From positions 469,169 through 533,168 of the forward strand of contig NMRA01000269.1 of assembly GCA_002633005.1 (NCBI GenBank): a stretch of 64,000 nucleotides of DNA, in the 5' to 3' direction. Source of the DNA: Phoronis australis (taxonomy: Eukaryota > Animalia > Phoronida). How positions within the stretch are numbered: the first letter of the stretch is position 1; every line of letters starts with the position of its first letter. The position numbers and the translations under genes are program-made. This document shows, piece by piece, positions 63,493 to 64,000 of this stretch. The notes beneath the pieces were generated by a model. The model did not search any database and was not told the DNA's origin. It was given only the letters and a program-made list of their open reading frames with translations.

Positions 63493-63543
63493 CTTCTTTT
63501 TGGGTATGAGAGGTAAGTCATCCGAATCCAAGCTCTCCTGGAT
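63493..63543 (-). CDS. GLYR1: Probable GLYR1/NPAC linker exon (IQESLDSDDLPLIPKKK)
   Basis: Minus-strand acceptor ttatttcag| and donor |gttggt; 51 nt, phase 0-0, open and in frame with the next exon. No independent homology recognised. Confidence 0.55.
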
Positions 63544-64000
63544 CTGAAATAACAAAGGTTTGGAAGTCCTATAAGAACAGCTGAATATCAAAATCATGTC
63601 AAATACATTTGGTGAGCAATCGTATCAAGGTGCTGGTTCAAAAATCCTCAAGAGAAAATCTAACAGGAGTTAAAACACAACTACAGTCATGGTAATTCTC
63701 CACTGAATTTGCATAAAAATAATTGCCAAAATTGTCATTTTCCATTTTTCAAGTGCTGGTTACCTTGTTGGAAACAATGAAAACTTTACCAAATGTTGTC
63801 TATGACATCCACGTGGTATAAATAGACTAAAATTTAGTTTTGAGGCTACAACGTGTGCTATTTTCTTAACATTTATTTTGAGGCTATAATGTCTGCTACG
63901 TAAGAGACGCATTGTTTTCAGTTGCTAAGCATGTCACCACTATTTTTGCAGCAAAATATTAAAAATAAGTACCACTATGCGGCATAGTTACTCTAATTTG

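Overview
Eukaryotic (metazoan, probably marine invertebrate) AT-rich genomic scaffold with spliceosomal GT-AG introns, many non-autonomous transposons and small assembly gaps. There is no prokaryotic operon, CRISPR array or rRNA. The main gene is on the minus strand and is the 3' part of a GLYR1/NPAC/NP60 (NDF) orthologue. I reconstructed eight exons by hand with consistent phases (63493-63543, 61956-62078, 59089-59277, 39336-39446, 37781-37882, 36132-36294, 32454-32633, 32031-32155) plus the terminal exon 30464-30538; the expected PWWP N-terminus lies beyond the right edge. Its ~19.6 kb intron (39447-59088) hosts an antisense 869-aa LRR-Ig type-I membrane protein gene (51417-54026) with an uninterrupted CDS, a His-rich Ig insertion and a cytoplasmic 22/11-residue amphipathic repeat. 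Unlike the catalytically inert human NPAC, this orthologue keeps the beta-hydroxyacid-dehydrogenase catalytic lysine. One GLYR1 exon is duplicated within a 1.4-kb tandem block joined by a single N, probably an uncollapsed haplotype. The left 25 kb looks like intronic/5' sequence of another minus-strand gene (weak exon candidates only). It contains a complete Helentron-type non-autonomous element with a satellite-like core, fold-back MITEs and a LINE remnant. All calls were made by eye, without database searches.
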